DNA of 64,000 nt from the human T2T-CHM13v2.0 reference genome, Homo sapiens, in NCBI RefSeq assembly GCF_009914755.1, contig NC_060938.1; one strand, 5' to 3'. Below are positions 51,490-64,000 of this stretch, one piece after another (within the stretch, counting starts at the first letter, position 1; each line of letters starts with the position of its first letter). The notes beneath the pieces are model-generated. The model worked only from the letters and a program-made list of their open reading frames with translations. It searched no databases and was not told the DNA's origin. The position numbers and the translations under genes were made by a program.

Positions 51490-52890
51490 GTATCAGCCTT
51501 TGATGAAGCTCAGGTGTCCAGAGCAAGCCACCCACTGATGTTCCAGAGCCAAGACCCCAGCTCCAGCCTCTGTTGAACCTTGGGCATTCAGAATGAGCCA
51601 CCCAACTTTTGACGTCCCAGAGCTAAGACTCAGTTCCAGCCTCCAATGAAACCCAGATGTTCAGAAAGAGGGACCTCCTTGATGTTCTAGAGCCAGGACT
51701 CCAGATCTAGCATCAGGTGATGCTCAGAGGTCTAGAAAGAGGAACCTGCTTAATGTTCTAGAGCCAAGACTCCAGATCCAGCATCTGATGCTCAGATATT
51801 CAGAAACAGGGACCTCCTTGATATTCTAGAGCCGGGACTCCAGATCCAGTGTCTGATGCTCAGATATCCAGAAAGAGGGACCTCCTTGATTTTCTAGAGC
51901 CAGGACTCCAGATCCAGCATCCGATGATGCTGAGATGTCCAGAAAGAGAGACCTTGATGTTCTAGAGCCAGGATTCCAGATCCAGTGTCTGAAGAAGCTC
52001 AGAGGTCCAGAAAGAGGGACCTCCTTGATGTTCTAGAGCCAGGACTCCAGTTCCAGCCTCCAGTGAAGCTCAGATGTCCAGAAAGAGGGACTACCTTGAT
52101 GTTTTAGAGCCAGGACTCCAGCTCCAGCCTCCGATAAAGCTCGGATGTTCAGAATGAAGGACGTCCTTGATGTTCTAGAGCCAAGACCCAGCTGTAGCAC
52201 TTAACAAAGCTCAAGTGTCCAGAAAGAAGTGCCTCTTTGATGTTCCAAAGCCAAGATAACACCTCTATCATTTGATAAAGATCAAGTGTACAGGAAGAGG
52301 GACCTCCTTGATGTCCCTCTTCAGCCAGGACTTCAGCTCTAGCTTTCGAAGAAGCGCAGATGTCCAGAAAGAGGGACCTCTTTGATGTTCTAGGGCTGGG
52401 ACCCAGTTCCAACATCTGACAAAGCCCAGATTTCCAGAAAGAGGGGTCTCCTTGATGTTCCAGAGCTGAGGGACCTCCATGATGTTCCAAAGCTAGGACT
52501 TTAGCTTTAGTTTTTGATGAAGCTCAGATGTGCAGAAAGAGGGACTTCCTTGATGTTCTAGGGCTGGGACTCAGCTCCAACCTCTGACAAAGCTCAGATG
52601 TCCAAAAAGAAGAGTTTCCTTGATGTTCTCGAACCCGGACTCTAGCCCTAGCCTCTAATGAAGCTCAGATGTCCAGAAAGAAGGACTTTCTTGAAATTCT
52701 AGAGCCAGAACTCCAGCTCCAGCCTCTGATGAAGCTCAGATATTCAGAAAGGGGGACTTCCTTTATGTTCCAGAGCCAAGACCCAGCTCCAACCTCTGAC
52801 AAAGCCCAGATGTCCAGAAAGAGGGACCCCCTTGATGTTCTAGAGCTGGAACCCAGATCTAGCCTCTGAGGAAACCCAGGTGTCCAGAAC
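51490..52890. repeat. Tandem repeat, ~71-bp unit, about 19-20 copies
   Basis: GATGTTC-like anchor at 51537, 51611, 51681, 51752, 51820, 51888, 51956, 52027, 52098, 52169, 52239, 52310, 52384, 52454, 52552, 52622, 52693, 52764 and 52834 (spacing mostly 68-74 bp). Confidence 0.95.
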
Positions 52891-55800
52891 TGGTGAGAAA
52901 ACCTCAAGCCTCTGGGCTTTCCTGGGCAGGGATAGGTGTGGCCAAGTTTGTCTTGAGACTGGAGAGGGCAGACAACACTCTTCTGTGCAATGGTGGCCTG
53001 CAACATTTCTCAATAGTGACACTGGCATAAAGAGGGGTCCCAGTTGCAGGAGAGATGTGGAGAGGGGACTCCTTGTGGGAGGAAGCATATTAGGAAGAAC
53101 ATGGCAGCAGAAATCATGGATTGCAGATGGGATGCCTTCGATGAAGCTTGCCTGAGGGCGTGTAACACCGCAGCAAAGCGCTGTTTTATGCCTTTTAGTT
53201 TTGCTGGACTCATGGCTGGCCACACATCAGCCTTGACCCACAGGGCTGCCAAATTGGCTGGACCCCGGAATGTAACCCAAGCTAGTTTCTGCGGCTTAGC
53301 TCCTCTCCCAGTGGAAGGTGCTAAACCCCCACTTGCCAGCCCAGTGTAAAGCTGCAACCTTGGGGCGAGTCAGATCTGGTTGCCTCCTTCTAGCAATGGA
53401 AGTTCATCTAGGTTAGGACTGGGGCAGGGCCAGGCTATCGCAATGGGTGTGAAGACAGCATGAACGGCAAAGGAGGCCCCCAAATACGTGGGGATATGGA
53501 TGCTAATGTCTCAGGTGAAGCTGCATTTGGGGCTGCAGCCCTGCCCTGAGCACCTTGACTCTACCACTTGCCCTCCAGGAGCTCCATTGACACCAGACTG
53601 TCCATTAAGCTGGAGAGAGATGGCAAGTAAAGAAATAGGCCAGGAATACTGACTTGCTCAGAAGCCATAAGAGCATTACAGGTAGATAGAATCCAAGGGA
53701 CGAAAAATGTAGACTTGGGGAGGAGAGAGCGCTGAATGCTATTTGGGATGTTTGAGCTCTGCAATATCCAGAATGGGAGAGAATCTTATCTCACCAGTTT
53801 TGCCATTCAGACACAGCTATGAGAATGGATCCTAGAGGACGACTTACTTCATTCAGCTGGAGTCTGGAGGAAAAGGGAGCAGCTAACAAGCATTCTTGAA
53901 AAACACGCCCTAATGATGCCACATCATTCTGGTGATATTTCCTAGAAACTCATTAGAACTTGGAACTGTGCAAACAAGAACTTCTTTGATGAGTAACTGG
54001 AACTCGAGAGTTGGGATTGCATGAAGGAGAAATGTCATCTTAGAGGACTGCCTCCCCGCTCCCCACCCTCATTTGGCCAAGTTATTTTAGGAAATTTCCA
54101 AGAACAAGCAATTAGAATCACTCATTGCTGATTTCCTAGAAGTCTCCACAACAGATTCTGAAGCCAAATGCAAAATGGGTGAGCCCAGCTTGTGAGGCCT
54201 GTGAAGAAAATGTGAATCCTACTCTATAAAGTCGTTGGCCTCAGGGAGCAAGACTCAGAAGTAGAGCTGCGTTAGGGAAAATGAGGACAGAACAGAAGGT
54301 CTAGATGGCCAGGCAGAGCCCCGTGGCAAAGACGAGCCTTGAGATGACTGTGGGCCCTCCCCTGCCGGCAGCCACAGCCTGTCTCAGACTCACTCCTCAG
54401 AGCCTGTTTCTCCATCACTCCCTTTGTCCTTCTGCCCATCAGAGGGATGTTCTCCAGGCTTCTGTGTTGCTATCTGGCTTCCGTGGGCCATGGCTTGAGC
54501 CAGGCTGTGGGCTCTGGGTGACTGTCCCTGAGGTATGGTGAGCTTCCTGAGTGGTGGCCACTTGGCAAAGTGAGTCCATCGCAGGGAAGTGGGCAATTAC
54601 CGGGGAGAGGAAAATCATGGCTTTCTTGCTTCCCAAGAGGGGCTGAACTGGGCTCCCAATTTCCCTGACACTCCCAGCTCAGCTTGTAGAGGAATCAGGG
54701 AATGGAGATGCCTTGGGCTGCAATTTTCTTTGAGATGACTGTAATTTTCCCCTCTTATCCTCACCGGTAGCTGCTGTGGGACAGAGGCAGGCGGGGCTCT
54801 GAAAGCTTTTCCTCAAGCTCCCCTTCAGTGCAGAGCTGTTTTCACGTGCCCACCAGCCAGCAGGAGGTTATGCTTCTGATTGTGACCCCCTACTTCTCAG
54901 AAGACACTTCGGACTCCGCCCCCGCCTCCATACCCAACAATGCCGTGCGGCATTTCGTGTGACTGGAATGGAAATCCAACCTGGCCCTCGAGGGCAGTGA
55001 AGCCAGTCCGAATCGCAGCAGATGATGCCCTCTGCAGAGGCCGGGCTCATGAACGGCCTGGGTGGGTGGAGGTGGGTTGACAGGATGGGGTGGGCAGGGC
55101 AGGGGAGTGCAGGACAGTGACCAGCTGGTCCAGAGAGTCCTGCCAAATTCAATCCAGATATTACTGGATTAATCAGCAAAGGAGGGGGAGCCCCGCCCCC
55201 ACCCCATGGAGACACTGATGAGCACCATGGGATAGCTGTGGCTTCCCAGGCAGCCCACGGACCTACAGCTGCCTATCAGCAGCCAGGGCCTTCTGGGCAG
55301 AGCGCCTCGGACCCCCAATTGCCCTGGGAGGGTGGGTTTTTGGTGTCAGCTTAGTTCAGCTCAGCTGGCTTTTATAGAGCATGCACTGGCTGGCTCACTG
55401 GGGTGATGCTGTCGTGGGGTAGATGAGCAGCAAGGCAGATTCGCAGGGTTGGGTGCAGGCAGCACTCCATGGGGGCATGCACGGGGCCCTTGCTTTTCAA
55501 GCAGAGGTGGACTGAAGGCTGGGCTTGCAAGGGGGTGGGCTGGGGTGGGCGCTGGTAGGGTGTTCTGAAACATTACCTATATACCTGCACTTTACAAAGC
55601 ACTTTATATGTTTGCCTGGTGTTGGCTGATGGTGGAAGGAGTGATTGGAGATGCCTGTCTGTGGCCTGGGTGCTGGTTAGTACCCCCATGTCAGAGGTAC
55701 TGACCCTGGGCTCAGAGCGGGTAGAGGCTCTCCCAGGGATTCTCGAGTGTCTACAGGGGGACTGGGATTCCCTTCCTGGGACCAGGAGGCGGGGCTCTTC

Positions 55801-57949
55801 CTGAGATGCTATGGCTGGAGGCCCTCCTCCCCCAGAATCACAGGGCCATATGCTAGGAGGAAAGACCCTGTAAACTCCAGACCTGACCTCCTGGGACCTG
55901 GGGTTAGTCACCCAGGTGGGGATCTGCCTCTCTTGCCCTTCATTTAGAATTGGCTGTGAGCCTCTAAGGGCCAGCCCTTAGCCAAAAGCCTCCATGCAGC
56001 CCGGTGCTCCTGCAGAAGTGCTGCCTCCGGAGGGTTTCTGCAACTTGGGACTCCTGGCAGTGGGGCTAGTGTCCTCCATTCACCCCTGCTCCTGCACAGT
56101 CCCCAGCCCTAGGTGTGCACCCTCTAGTGTGGGGCGAATGGGCTCCTATGCCCATTAGCTCTGGGTTAGGCTCAGATGTATGTGCCGGGCTCCTGTTATG
56201 GGAGGGCTCAGAGCACAGGGGCCCCTGGCCTGGGAGCGGGTAGCTGTGTGCATGTGTGTGGGTGTGTGTGCCTCCATGAGCCTGTGTGTGCCTTCGTGAG
56301 CCTATGAGTGTGTGAGCATGCCCGGTGTGCACGTGTGTGGGTGCGTGTGCCTGCCAGTGCATGCGTATGCAGCTCTATGCTTGTGTGTATGTGCATGCGT
56401 GGGAGACAGATGGTGGAGAGCGACTGGGAGTGGGCGACAGTGGATCTGTCCCTGAGCCTACAGCACCCTGGGTGCCGATGCCACATCCACATCCTGCCCC
56501 CAGACCTGCTTCCCGGAGTCACCCATGCCTATATCCCCTGTGGCTTTGCCCATCAGTCCGTCTTTGTGTCCAGGTCTGCCTCAGTGGACAGAAGAGTGAG
56601 AGTCTTGGCCCTTGAACCCCTCCTCTTCTCCATCCTTCTCCACCTCCCCCCCTGCCTCTTCTTGGCAAAGCAGCTGGAGTGAGACCTGGGCTGAGGCCAA
56701 GGTTGGGGGTACTGTGCTCCCATGAGCTGCAGACACCGTCCTCTCACCGGCTCTCCCTCCTGTGTCCTGGAGTGGAACCCACCCCCGTTGCCCACCCCTT
56801 AACCCCTGCCCCCTTGTCTGGGGTTCTGGCCATCCCCCCCACCCCCACCCCCTAGTCTCCAGCTTCCAAGGCAGCTCCCAAGACAATGGGTTGAGCAAGG
56901 GGCAGGCTGGGTCCTGTGCCTAGCCCCTCAGCTCCCCCAGCCACTGCATGGGGCTTCTGCTGCTCTGTGGCACTGGCTGGGGAACCTCAGGACCAGATGG
57001 GGCCTCCCAGGCCTCGGCTACTGCATCACGCTCTGGACAGGGCCTTGGGCCCGGACGACGCCTGTGCCCGCCATGCCCTCTGGCCAGATGCTGCACCCTC
57101 CACCCAGCCTCCAGGTGAGTTCTCGTCATACCCACGGTGCCCCACCCTCCTTGGCATCCAGGTGATGCATCTACCTGAGGTTCCGAATCCAGGGGGGAAA
57201 TGTTTGCCTTTGCACTGCATATTTACACACTGATTTGAATTGAGGGGTTCCCAAAATGACATCAGGCTTTTTCTGAAAAAGTCTGTTTTGCCCGATTGGT
57301 TTGCCAGTGAGGTTCAGAGTGGACAAATCAAAATGAGCTGATTCCAGACCTCTGAGGTTTTGACAAGTGCTCCATACCTAGCATTTGTCACATCTATATG
57401 CTATAGTATATGCCAGAGGCCACCTCATTGCAACTTTGTAAACTTCCTATTAACTTTTACGGCCCATTTAAAAATGGGCTATGGGAGGGGGAGATCCGTG
57501 GCTTTCCAAAATCCCTTCATGGGGTCTGTAAGCAGAAATGTCTGCTGCCCCCTGTTCCAGGGCACGTCCCACTCCTCACTGGCAGGGCTCTCGGGCTCAC
57601 TGATTATTCTCTGAGGATCACACAGGGTCGATTTTCTGTGAATGCAAGTGCGTGGGGTGGGTGGTGGGGCGTCGAGCTGAACGCTGGTCTGGACAGGAAA
57701 GGCTCCTGCTTCATGTCCCACCTTGACCCTCAGAGGTTTCCAGGCCCAGCTCTTGGGCCCTGGCTTCCTCCTCTCCCTCTCGTCTTTGGGGGGGGTCCAT
57801 CTCATGCATGTCTGTTACCATGGACTCCATCATCACGGCTCCCATCACCTCCATCTGGCCTCTGTCATCCTGGGCACAGCATCTCATCTCTGGCCATTCC
57901 AGCCTCCATCACCCGCCTCACCTCCATCATCCTCGCTTCGGGGCTCATT

Positions 57950-58038
57950 CTGGCCTCCAGGGCTTTGTACATGGTAGGCTTTCATTCATTCGTTTGCACA
58001 TTCGGTGAAGGTCTACTGTGTGCCAGGCCCTGTGCCAG
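57950..58038 (+). ncRNA. MIR493: pre-miR-493
   Basis: 5p TTGTACATGGTAGGCTTTCATT (57965-57986) and 3p TGAAGGTCTACTGTGTGCCAGG (58006-58027). Confidence 0.97.
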
Positions 58039-59019
58039 GCATCGTGTAGATGGACGTTGCCCTTGTGAGTGCACGCCTCGGGGAGACGCACGCCAGCCGG
58101 TGGATGGCAGGAGAGCCTGGGCCAGGGCTGGGGGTGGGGGCGTGGGTGTGGGCATGAGTGCAGAGGAGGGTGAGCTGGTTTCCAGAAGGGCGGGATCAGC
58201 TGGGGTGGTGGGCAGGGGGAGGAAGTGCGGGCTCAGCTGAGGTCCTGCTGTGTGGAGCCTGGAGGGAGAGATTGCATGTCCCCTCTCTATTCCCCATGGG
58301 TCATCTCAGTAATGGCTGCCGGAGTTCAGGGGTCCCTAGATTGCTCCCAAGGTCCTCACTCCCAAGTCCTTGGCAAGATTCCTGCGCCCCAGGAGCCTTT
58401 TGGCACCTGAACTCTGCCACCTAGTCTGCTGGTCAGCCTCTGTGCTGCCCGCGTTGGTGGGTGTCATTGGATTGTTAACGATGTACGTTTTGCTCTAAAA
58501 TGATGGTGATTGAAGATGGGAATTATTTTGTCAGTTGATTTTAATGTTTTCTTTTTTGTGTGTGAAGTGTTTGTTGTGAAATATCTATTTTGGAAGTTTT
58601 TAGGTGTTGGAAAGCCAGAATCTGGGGCCCTCTGGTGTCTAGGAAGAACCTGTGATGCCCTGGGGTGAAGGGATGTGGACTCCCAGGGACAAAACAGTGG
58701 ACTCTGAGGTCCTCAGGGTCACCTCCCTTTAAGGACTAGAGCACACTCAGTATTCGGGGGCCTCTGTGGTCTTTAAAGATGTCCCATGTTTGCTAAGGAA
58801 ATGTTACTTTTGCTGGAGAAACTTCTGAAAAATGTTTAGAATTGTTTACCTGCATGTTTTATCTCGTTCAGAATTAGAATTGGTGGCATGTAGATATGCT
58901 TCTGGGTCTACCGAGATGAGGCAGGCCTACTGGGTCTCCACCTTCAGCTCAGGACACCCATCATTCACCTGGGAGGGGCTTGCTTCATTAGATGTTCACA
59001 AGGCTGAAAAGTGTCCCAG

Positions 59020-61050
59020 CCTCAAGTGTCACGTGGAGCCTCTTCCACATGCATCGCCAGAAGCGCCTCCTCCCCCATCACTCTGACCCCGCCCCACACA
59101 GACGTGTCACACTAGGCTCCTCCTCGAGTCATGTGTCACATGAGACACCCCCGTGTGTCACTTCCAGCCCTGACTACTCAGTGTCACTTGGAGCCTTTTG
59201 TCCCTCCCCAATGTACCACTTGAACCGTCCCCAATCCATGTGACACACCAAATCTCTGTGTCCCACTGAGTTCCATCTGCACTCGTGTCACACAGTTCCA
59301 CCCTCATGTGCCACACTGAGTCACTCCTACATCATGTGTCACAGAGAGGTCCTGTCGCCTCCCTTGAGTCATCCTGAGAACCTCCTTTCTCCGCTTTGTC
59401 CCATGGAACCCTCTTTCACCCAGGGTTCCTCCTCAGCACCTCATCCACCCGTGTGTCCCACGGAGCTCTCTTCCTCCACCTGGGGTTCATCCTGAGCTCC
59501 TCCTCCTCCTATGTGTCATCCTCAGAGCTCCTCCTCCCTCGTGAGTGTCCCATGGGGCTCCTCCTCCCCCCATGTGTCATCCTCAGACACTCCTTCACCT
59601 GTGTGCCCCATGGAACCCCCTTCTTATCTCATGTGCCATATTGAGCGCCTTCTCCATCCTTGTGTCCCATGGAGCTCCTCCTCCTGCCATGTGTCATCCT
59701 CAGCTCCTCCTCCTTCCTGTGTGTCCCATGGAGCCCCCGCCTCTTCCCATGTGTCATCCTCAGCTTCCTATCCCTTCCGTGTGTCCCATGGAGTCCCTCC
59801 TCTTCCCACGTGTCATTTTCAGCACCTCCTTCCTCCAGGGTGTCCCATGGAGCCCCTCCTCTTCCTATGTGTCATACTCAGCACCTCCTTCCACCTCCTG
59901 TTCCATGGAGCCATTTCTCCTTCCATGTGTCATCCTCAGCTCCTCCTCCCTCCCAGGTGTCCCATGGAGCCCCTCCTCCTCCATCCTTGTGTCATGTTCG
60001 ACACCTCCTCCACTCATATGTCACATGGAGCCTCCACCCATGTGACACAAATAATTTCTCATCTACTTGTATCACACTGAATGTTCTATCTTTCTTAAGG
60101 GTGTCACAGCAAGCCCCACTAATGTGTCACAGGACGCCCCTCTCCCACTCTTGTAGCACACTGAGCTCCTTCCACCACTTAGGTGTCACTCTGACCCTGT
60201 CCTCTGCGTGTGTGTCACTAGGAGCCCCACCCATTCAGCTGCACTCTAAGTTCCTCCTCTAATCATGTGTCACACATGTAGTCTCTCCCCACACTCATAA
60301 GTCATACAGAATGCCTCTCCCCATCCATGTATCACATTGAGTTTCTCTTCAACATGTGTTACTCAGAGCCCTTCCCTGACTCATGTGTCACCTGGAGCCC
60401 CTGTCCCTGTCCATGTGTTACACCGAGTTCTTTCCTGCTCATATGTCACATGAAGCTCCTCCTCTACTCACAAGGCACACAGCACCCCCTGCCCGTTTGT
60501 CGAATGGACCCCTCACCTCATGCATGTATAACACTGAGCCGCTCTCCCACCCCGTGTCGTACTGAGCTCCTCCTCCACTGATGTATTGCATGGACTCCTT
60601 CTGACACGCGGAGCCCTCCCTGCACCCTTGTGTCTCACTGGGCATCTCTTCCCAACCTTGTGTCCCGTGAGATCTTCCCCCACCCACGTGTCACATCAAG
60701 TCCTCTTTCTTGTGTTACTCCAAGTCCCTGCCCCCATATGTCACAGAGAGACTCTTCCCACCCACGTGTCACACCAAGTCGCCTTTCTTGTGTTACTCCA
60801 AGTCCCTTCCCCCCATATGTCACACAGAGACTCTCTTCCCACACACGTCACACTGAGCCCCTTTTCTGTCTCACATTCCACCTCTCCTTCACTCATGTGT
60901 CATGAGGAGCCTTTTCCCTACTAATGTGTCACCTGAGCTTCTCTCACATGTCACTTGAAGTCCTCCCCTTCCCATGCATCACCCAGAGACCTTCCCCCCA
61001 CTCATGCATTGCCCTGAGCCCCTCCCTTACTTATGTGACATGGAGCCCCT
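59020..61050. repeat. Degenerate tandem repeat (~28-30-bp unit, CCATGTGTCAC...GAGC(C/T)CCTCCT), old flank of the VNTR
   Basis: Recurrent TGTGTCAC/TGTGTCCC and CTCCTCC motifs. Confidence 0.8.
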
Positions 61051-62960
61051 CTCCACACCCATGTGTCACACCAACCCTCTCTCCACTGATGTGTCACACC
61101 AACCCCCTCTCCACCCATGCGTCACATGGAGCTCTTCCCCCACCCGTGTGTCACACCAGCCCCCTCCTCCACCCATGTGTCACACTAACCCCCCCCACCC
61201 ATGTGTCACACCAGCCCCCTCCTCCACCCATGGGTCACACCAACCCCCTCCTCCACCCATGTGTCCCATGGAGCTCTTCCCCCACCCGTGTGTCACACCA
61301 GCCCCCTCCTCCACCCATGTGTCACACTAATCCCCCCTCCACCCATGTGTCATACCAGCCCCCTCCTCCACCCATGGGTCACACCAACCCCCTCCTCCAC
61401 CCACGGGTACCGCTAACCCCCTCCTCCACCCATGTGTCACACCAACTCCCTCCTCCACCCACGGGTACCGCTAACCCCCTCCTCCACCCATGTGTCCCAC
61501 TAACCCCCTCCTCAACCGATGTGTCCCACTAACCCCCTCCTCCACCCGTGTGTCACACCAACCCCCTCCTCCACCCGTGTGTCACACCAACCCCCTCCTC
61601 CACCCATGTCACACCAACCCCCTCCTCAACCCGTGTGTCACACCAACCCCCTCCTCAACCCGTGTCACACCAACCCCTTCCTCCACCCGTGTGTCACACC
61701 AACCCCCTCCTCAACCCGTGTCACACCAACCCCCTCCCCCACCCGTGTGTCACACCAACCCCCTCCTCCACCCATGTCACACCAACCCCCTCCTCCACCC
61801 GTGTGTCACACCAACCCCCTCCTCAACCCGTGTCACACCAACCCCCTCCCCCACCCGTGTGTCACACCAACCCCCTCCTCCACCCGTGTGTCACACCAAC
61901 CCCCTCCTCAACCCGTGTCACACCAACCCCCTCCCCCACCCGTGTGTCACACCAACCCCCTCCTCCACCCATGTCACACCAACCCCCTCCTCAACCCGTG
62001 TGTCACACCAACCCCCTCCTCCACCCGTGTGTCACACCAACCCCCTCCCCCACCCGTGTGTCACACCAACCCCCTCCTCAACCCGTGTCACACCAACCCC
62101 CTCCCCCACCCGTGTGTCACACCAACCCCCTCCTCCACCCATGTCACACCAACCCCCTCCTCAACCCGTGTGTCACACCAACCCCCTCCTCAACCCGTGT
62201 CACACCAACCCCCTCCTCAACCCGTGTGTCACACCAACCCCCTCCTCCACCCGTGTGTCACACCAACCCCCTCCCCCACCCGTGTGTCACACCAACCCCC
62301 TCCTCAACCCGTGTCACACCAACCCCCTCCCCCACCCGTGTGTCACACCAACCCCCTCCTCAACCCGTGTCACACCAACCCCCTCCTCCACCCGTGTGTC
62401 ACACCAACCCCCTCCCCCACCCGTGTGTCACACCAACCCCCTCCTCCACCCGTGTGTCACACCAACCCCCTCCCCCACCCGTGTGTCACACCAACCCCCT
62501 CCCCCACCCGTGTGTCACACCAACCCCCTCAACCCGTGTGTCACACCAACCCCCTCAACCCGTGTGTCACACCAACCCCCTCCCCCACCCGTGTGTCACA
62601 CCAACCCCCTCCCCCACCCGTGTGTCACACCAACCCCCTCCTCAACCCGTGTGTCACACCAACCCCCTCCTCAACCCATGTCACACCAACCCCCTCCCCC
62701 ACCCGTGTTTCACACCAACCCCCTCCTCAACCCGTGTGTCACACCAACCCCCTCCTCAACCCATGTGTCACACCAACCCCCTCCAGCCATGTGTCACACC
62801 AACCCCCTCCTCCACCCATGGGTCACACCAACACTCTCCCCGACACATGTGTCATACCAACGTCCTCCTCCACCCATGTATCACATCAGCTCCCTCCTCC
62901 ACCCATGTGTTACAGGGAGCCCCTCCTCCCTCCATGTGTCTGTCAATCTGAGCCCCTTTT
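61050..62960. repeat. VNTR, 29/27-bp unit CCACCCGTGTGTCACACCAACCCCCTCCT
   Basis: Highly homogeneous between about 61.5 and 62.8 kb; open in all three + frames (repeat ORFs). Confidence 0.97.
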
Positions 62961-63249
62961 CCATTCATGTGTCACTCTGAGCCTCTTTCCCACCTCCATA
63001 CCCTCCTGCCACCCCTACTTCTTAATCTTTAACCCCTTTCCCTAAAGGTTTCCCTCCATGGGCTCTTTCAGAGAATGTTATATTATCAGGTCATTTACTC
63101 ACAGATATTTTTGCACCACCTACCACGTGCCTGGCTGCGTGTCCCTGTGCATGTGTGTTGGTGGTGTGGATGGCTGGAGAGTGTAGGACGAGGCAGGCAG
63201 TATGGTGGTTGAGAAAGATGTCAAAGAACAAAGGAAGGTGTTTTGGGGT

Positions 63250-63470
63250 ACAACTTTATTGAGATGTAATCCACATACACACAATCCGCCCATTAAAGCT
63301 CACAGCGAAGTGTGTTTTAGTTATTCACAGATATCTGCAACTATCACCATAATCAATTTAAGATCATTTTCATCACCCCCAAAAGAACTCCAGAGCCTTC
63401 AGCTGTCACCTTCACCCTCCATGCACACCCCCCAGCCCTCAGCAACCAAAAATCTACTTTCTGTCTCTGG
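63250..63470 (-). mobile_element. Old L1 (L1MA/MB-like) 3' end fragment
   Basis: caactttattgagatgtaat...tattcacagatatctgcaactatcacc...tcattttcatcaccccaaaagaa...aatctactttctgtctct. Confidence 0.75.
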
Positions 63471-63928
63471 GAAATTCTTGAAGTGCCCCTGGACTTCATG
63501 AGTCCTCACTGGGTCCCCAGAGGTGCCTGTTGCAACCCATTTCACAGATGTAGAAGGCAAGGCTGGAGAAGTACCAGGGAGTCAAAGCAGTGGGTGGGTG
63601 GGGTCGAGTCCCCGATGTCCACTCACAGACCTGGGCCAGAATCAGGCCTGTCTCCCCCTTCACCTCCCCATCCTCCGTCCCTTGGCCTGGCTGCACAGTC
63701 ACCTGGGGGCTCTGTGGGGCTAAGGGAGGCCCAGGCCCTGGCCATAGGAGGCAGGTAGGGCAAGGCTGGGCAGGGTGGACAGGTACCCCAGCGCTGCAGG
63801 TGCCCAGCAGTGGGTGGCACTGCCTAGGCTGGCTGTCCCTTGCTGTCACTGCTCTAACCACTAGCAGCAGGCGTCCCCTCTGCCATCCGAGCGCTTGCAC
63901 TGCGCTTCCGGGAGGAGGGTTGCGGCCC

Positions 63929-64000
63929 GTAGTCAGTAGTTGGGGGGTGGGAACGGCTTCATACAGGAGTTGATGCACAGTTATCCAGCTCCTATATGAT
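63929..64000 (+). ncRNA. MIR337: pre-miR-337 (truncated by the window end)
   Basis: 5p GAACGGCTTCATACAGGAGTT (63951-63971) and start of 3p CTCCTATATGAT (63989-64000). Confidence 0.95.

Noticed and set aside
51490-52890. CRISPR-like array or coding repeat
   Set aside because: Human DNA, contiguous units without unique spacers, and a period that is not a multiple of 3.
53570-54130. Protein-looking + frame (…EWILEDDLLHSAGVWRKREQLTSILEKH…) as a possible pseudogene
   Set aside because: About 5 internal stops in about 185 codons and no family recognised; a translated search would be needed.
61500-62800. PRDM9 13-mer hotspot motif in the VNTR
   Set aside because: The units do not match CCNCCNTNNCCNC exactly.
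61490-63045. ORFs of 467-508 aa in all three + frames
   Set aside because: Products of the stop-free 27/29-bp VNTR; the same peptide motifs cycle through all frames.

Overview
Human chr14q32 imprinted DLK1-DIO3 domain, + strand. The window starts in the distal IG-DMR and contains MIR2392, the MEG3-DMR CpG island and promoter (CCAAT, CRE, TATA), and the whole spliced lncRNA MEG3 (about 14996-49916; seven core exons summing to about 1.6 kb, plus alternative exons). It also contains intronic MIR770, then MIR493 and the 5' part of MIR337. No credible protein-coding gene; the long ORFs come from GC-rich or tandem-repeat DNA. Main finding: the purine-rich 35.55-39.7 kb stretch of the last MEG3 intron is a tandem array of roughly 15-20 degenerate SNORD112 [14q(0)]-like box C/D snoRNA units. 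I know of no annotation of such a cluster inside MEG3. Other notable structures are a ~335-bp, ~98.5% identical non-Alu inverted repeat beside the IG-DMR, a ~71-bp tandem repeat with C/D-like boxes just past the MEG3 poly(A) site, and a 29-bp VNTR between MIR493 and MIR337. Gene identities rest on my recall of known sequences plus visible splice and hairpin signals; no searches were run.
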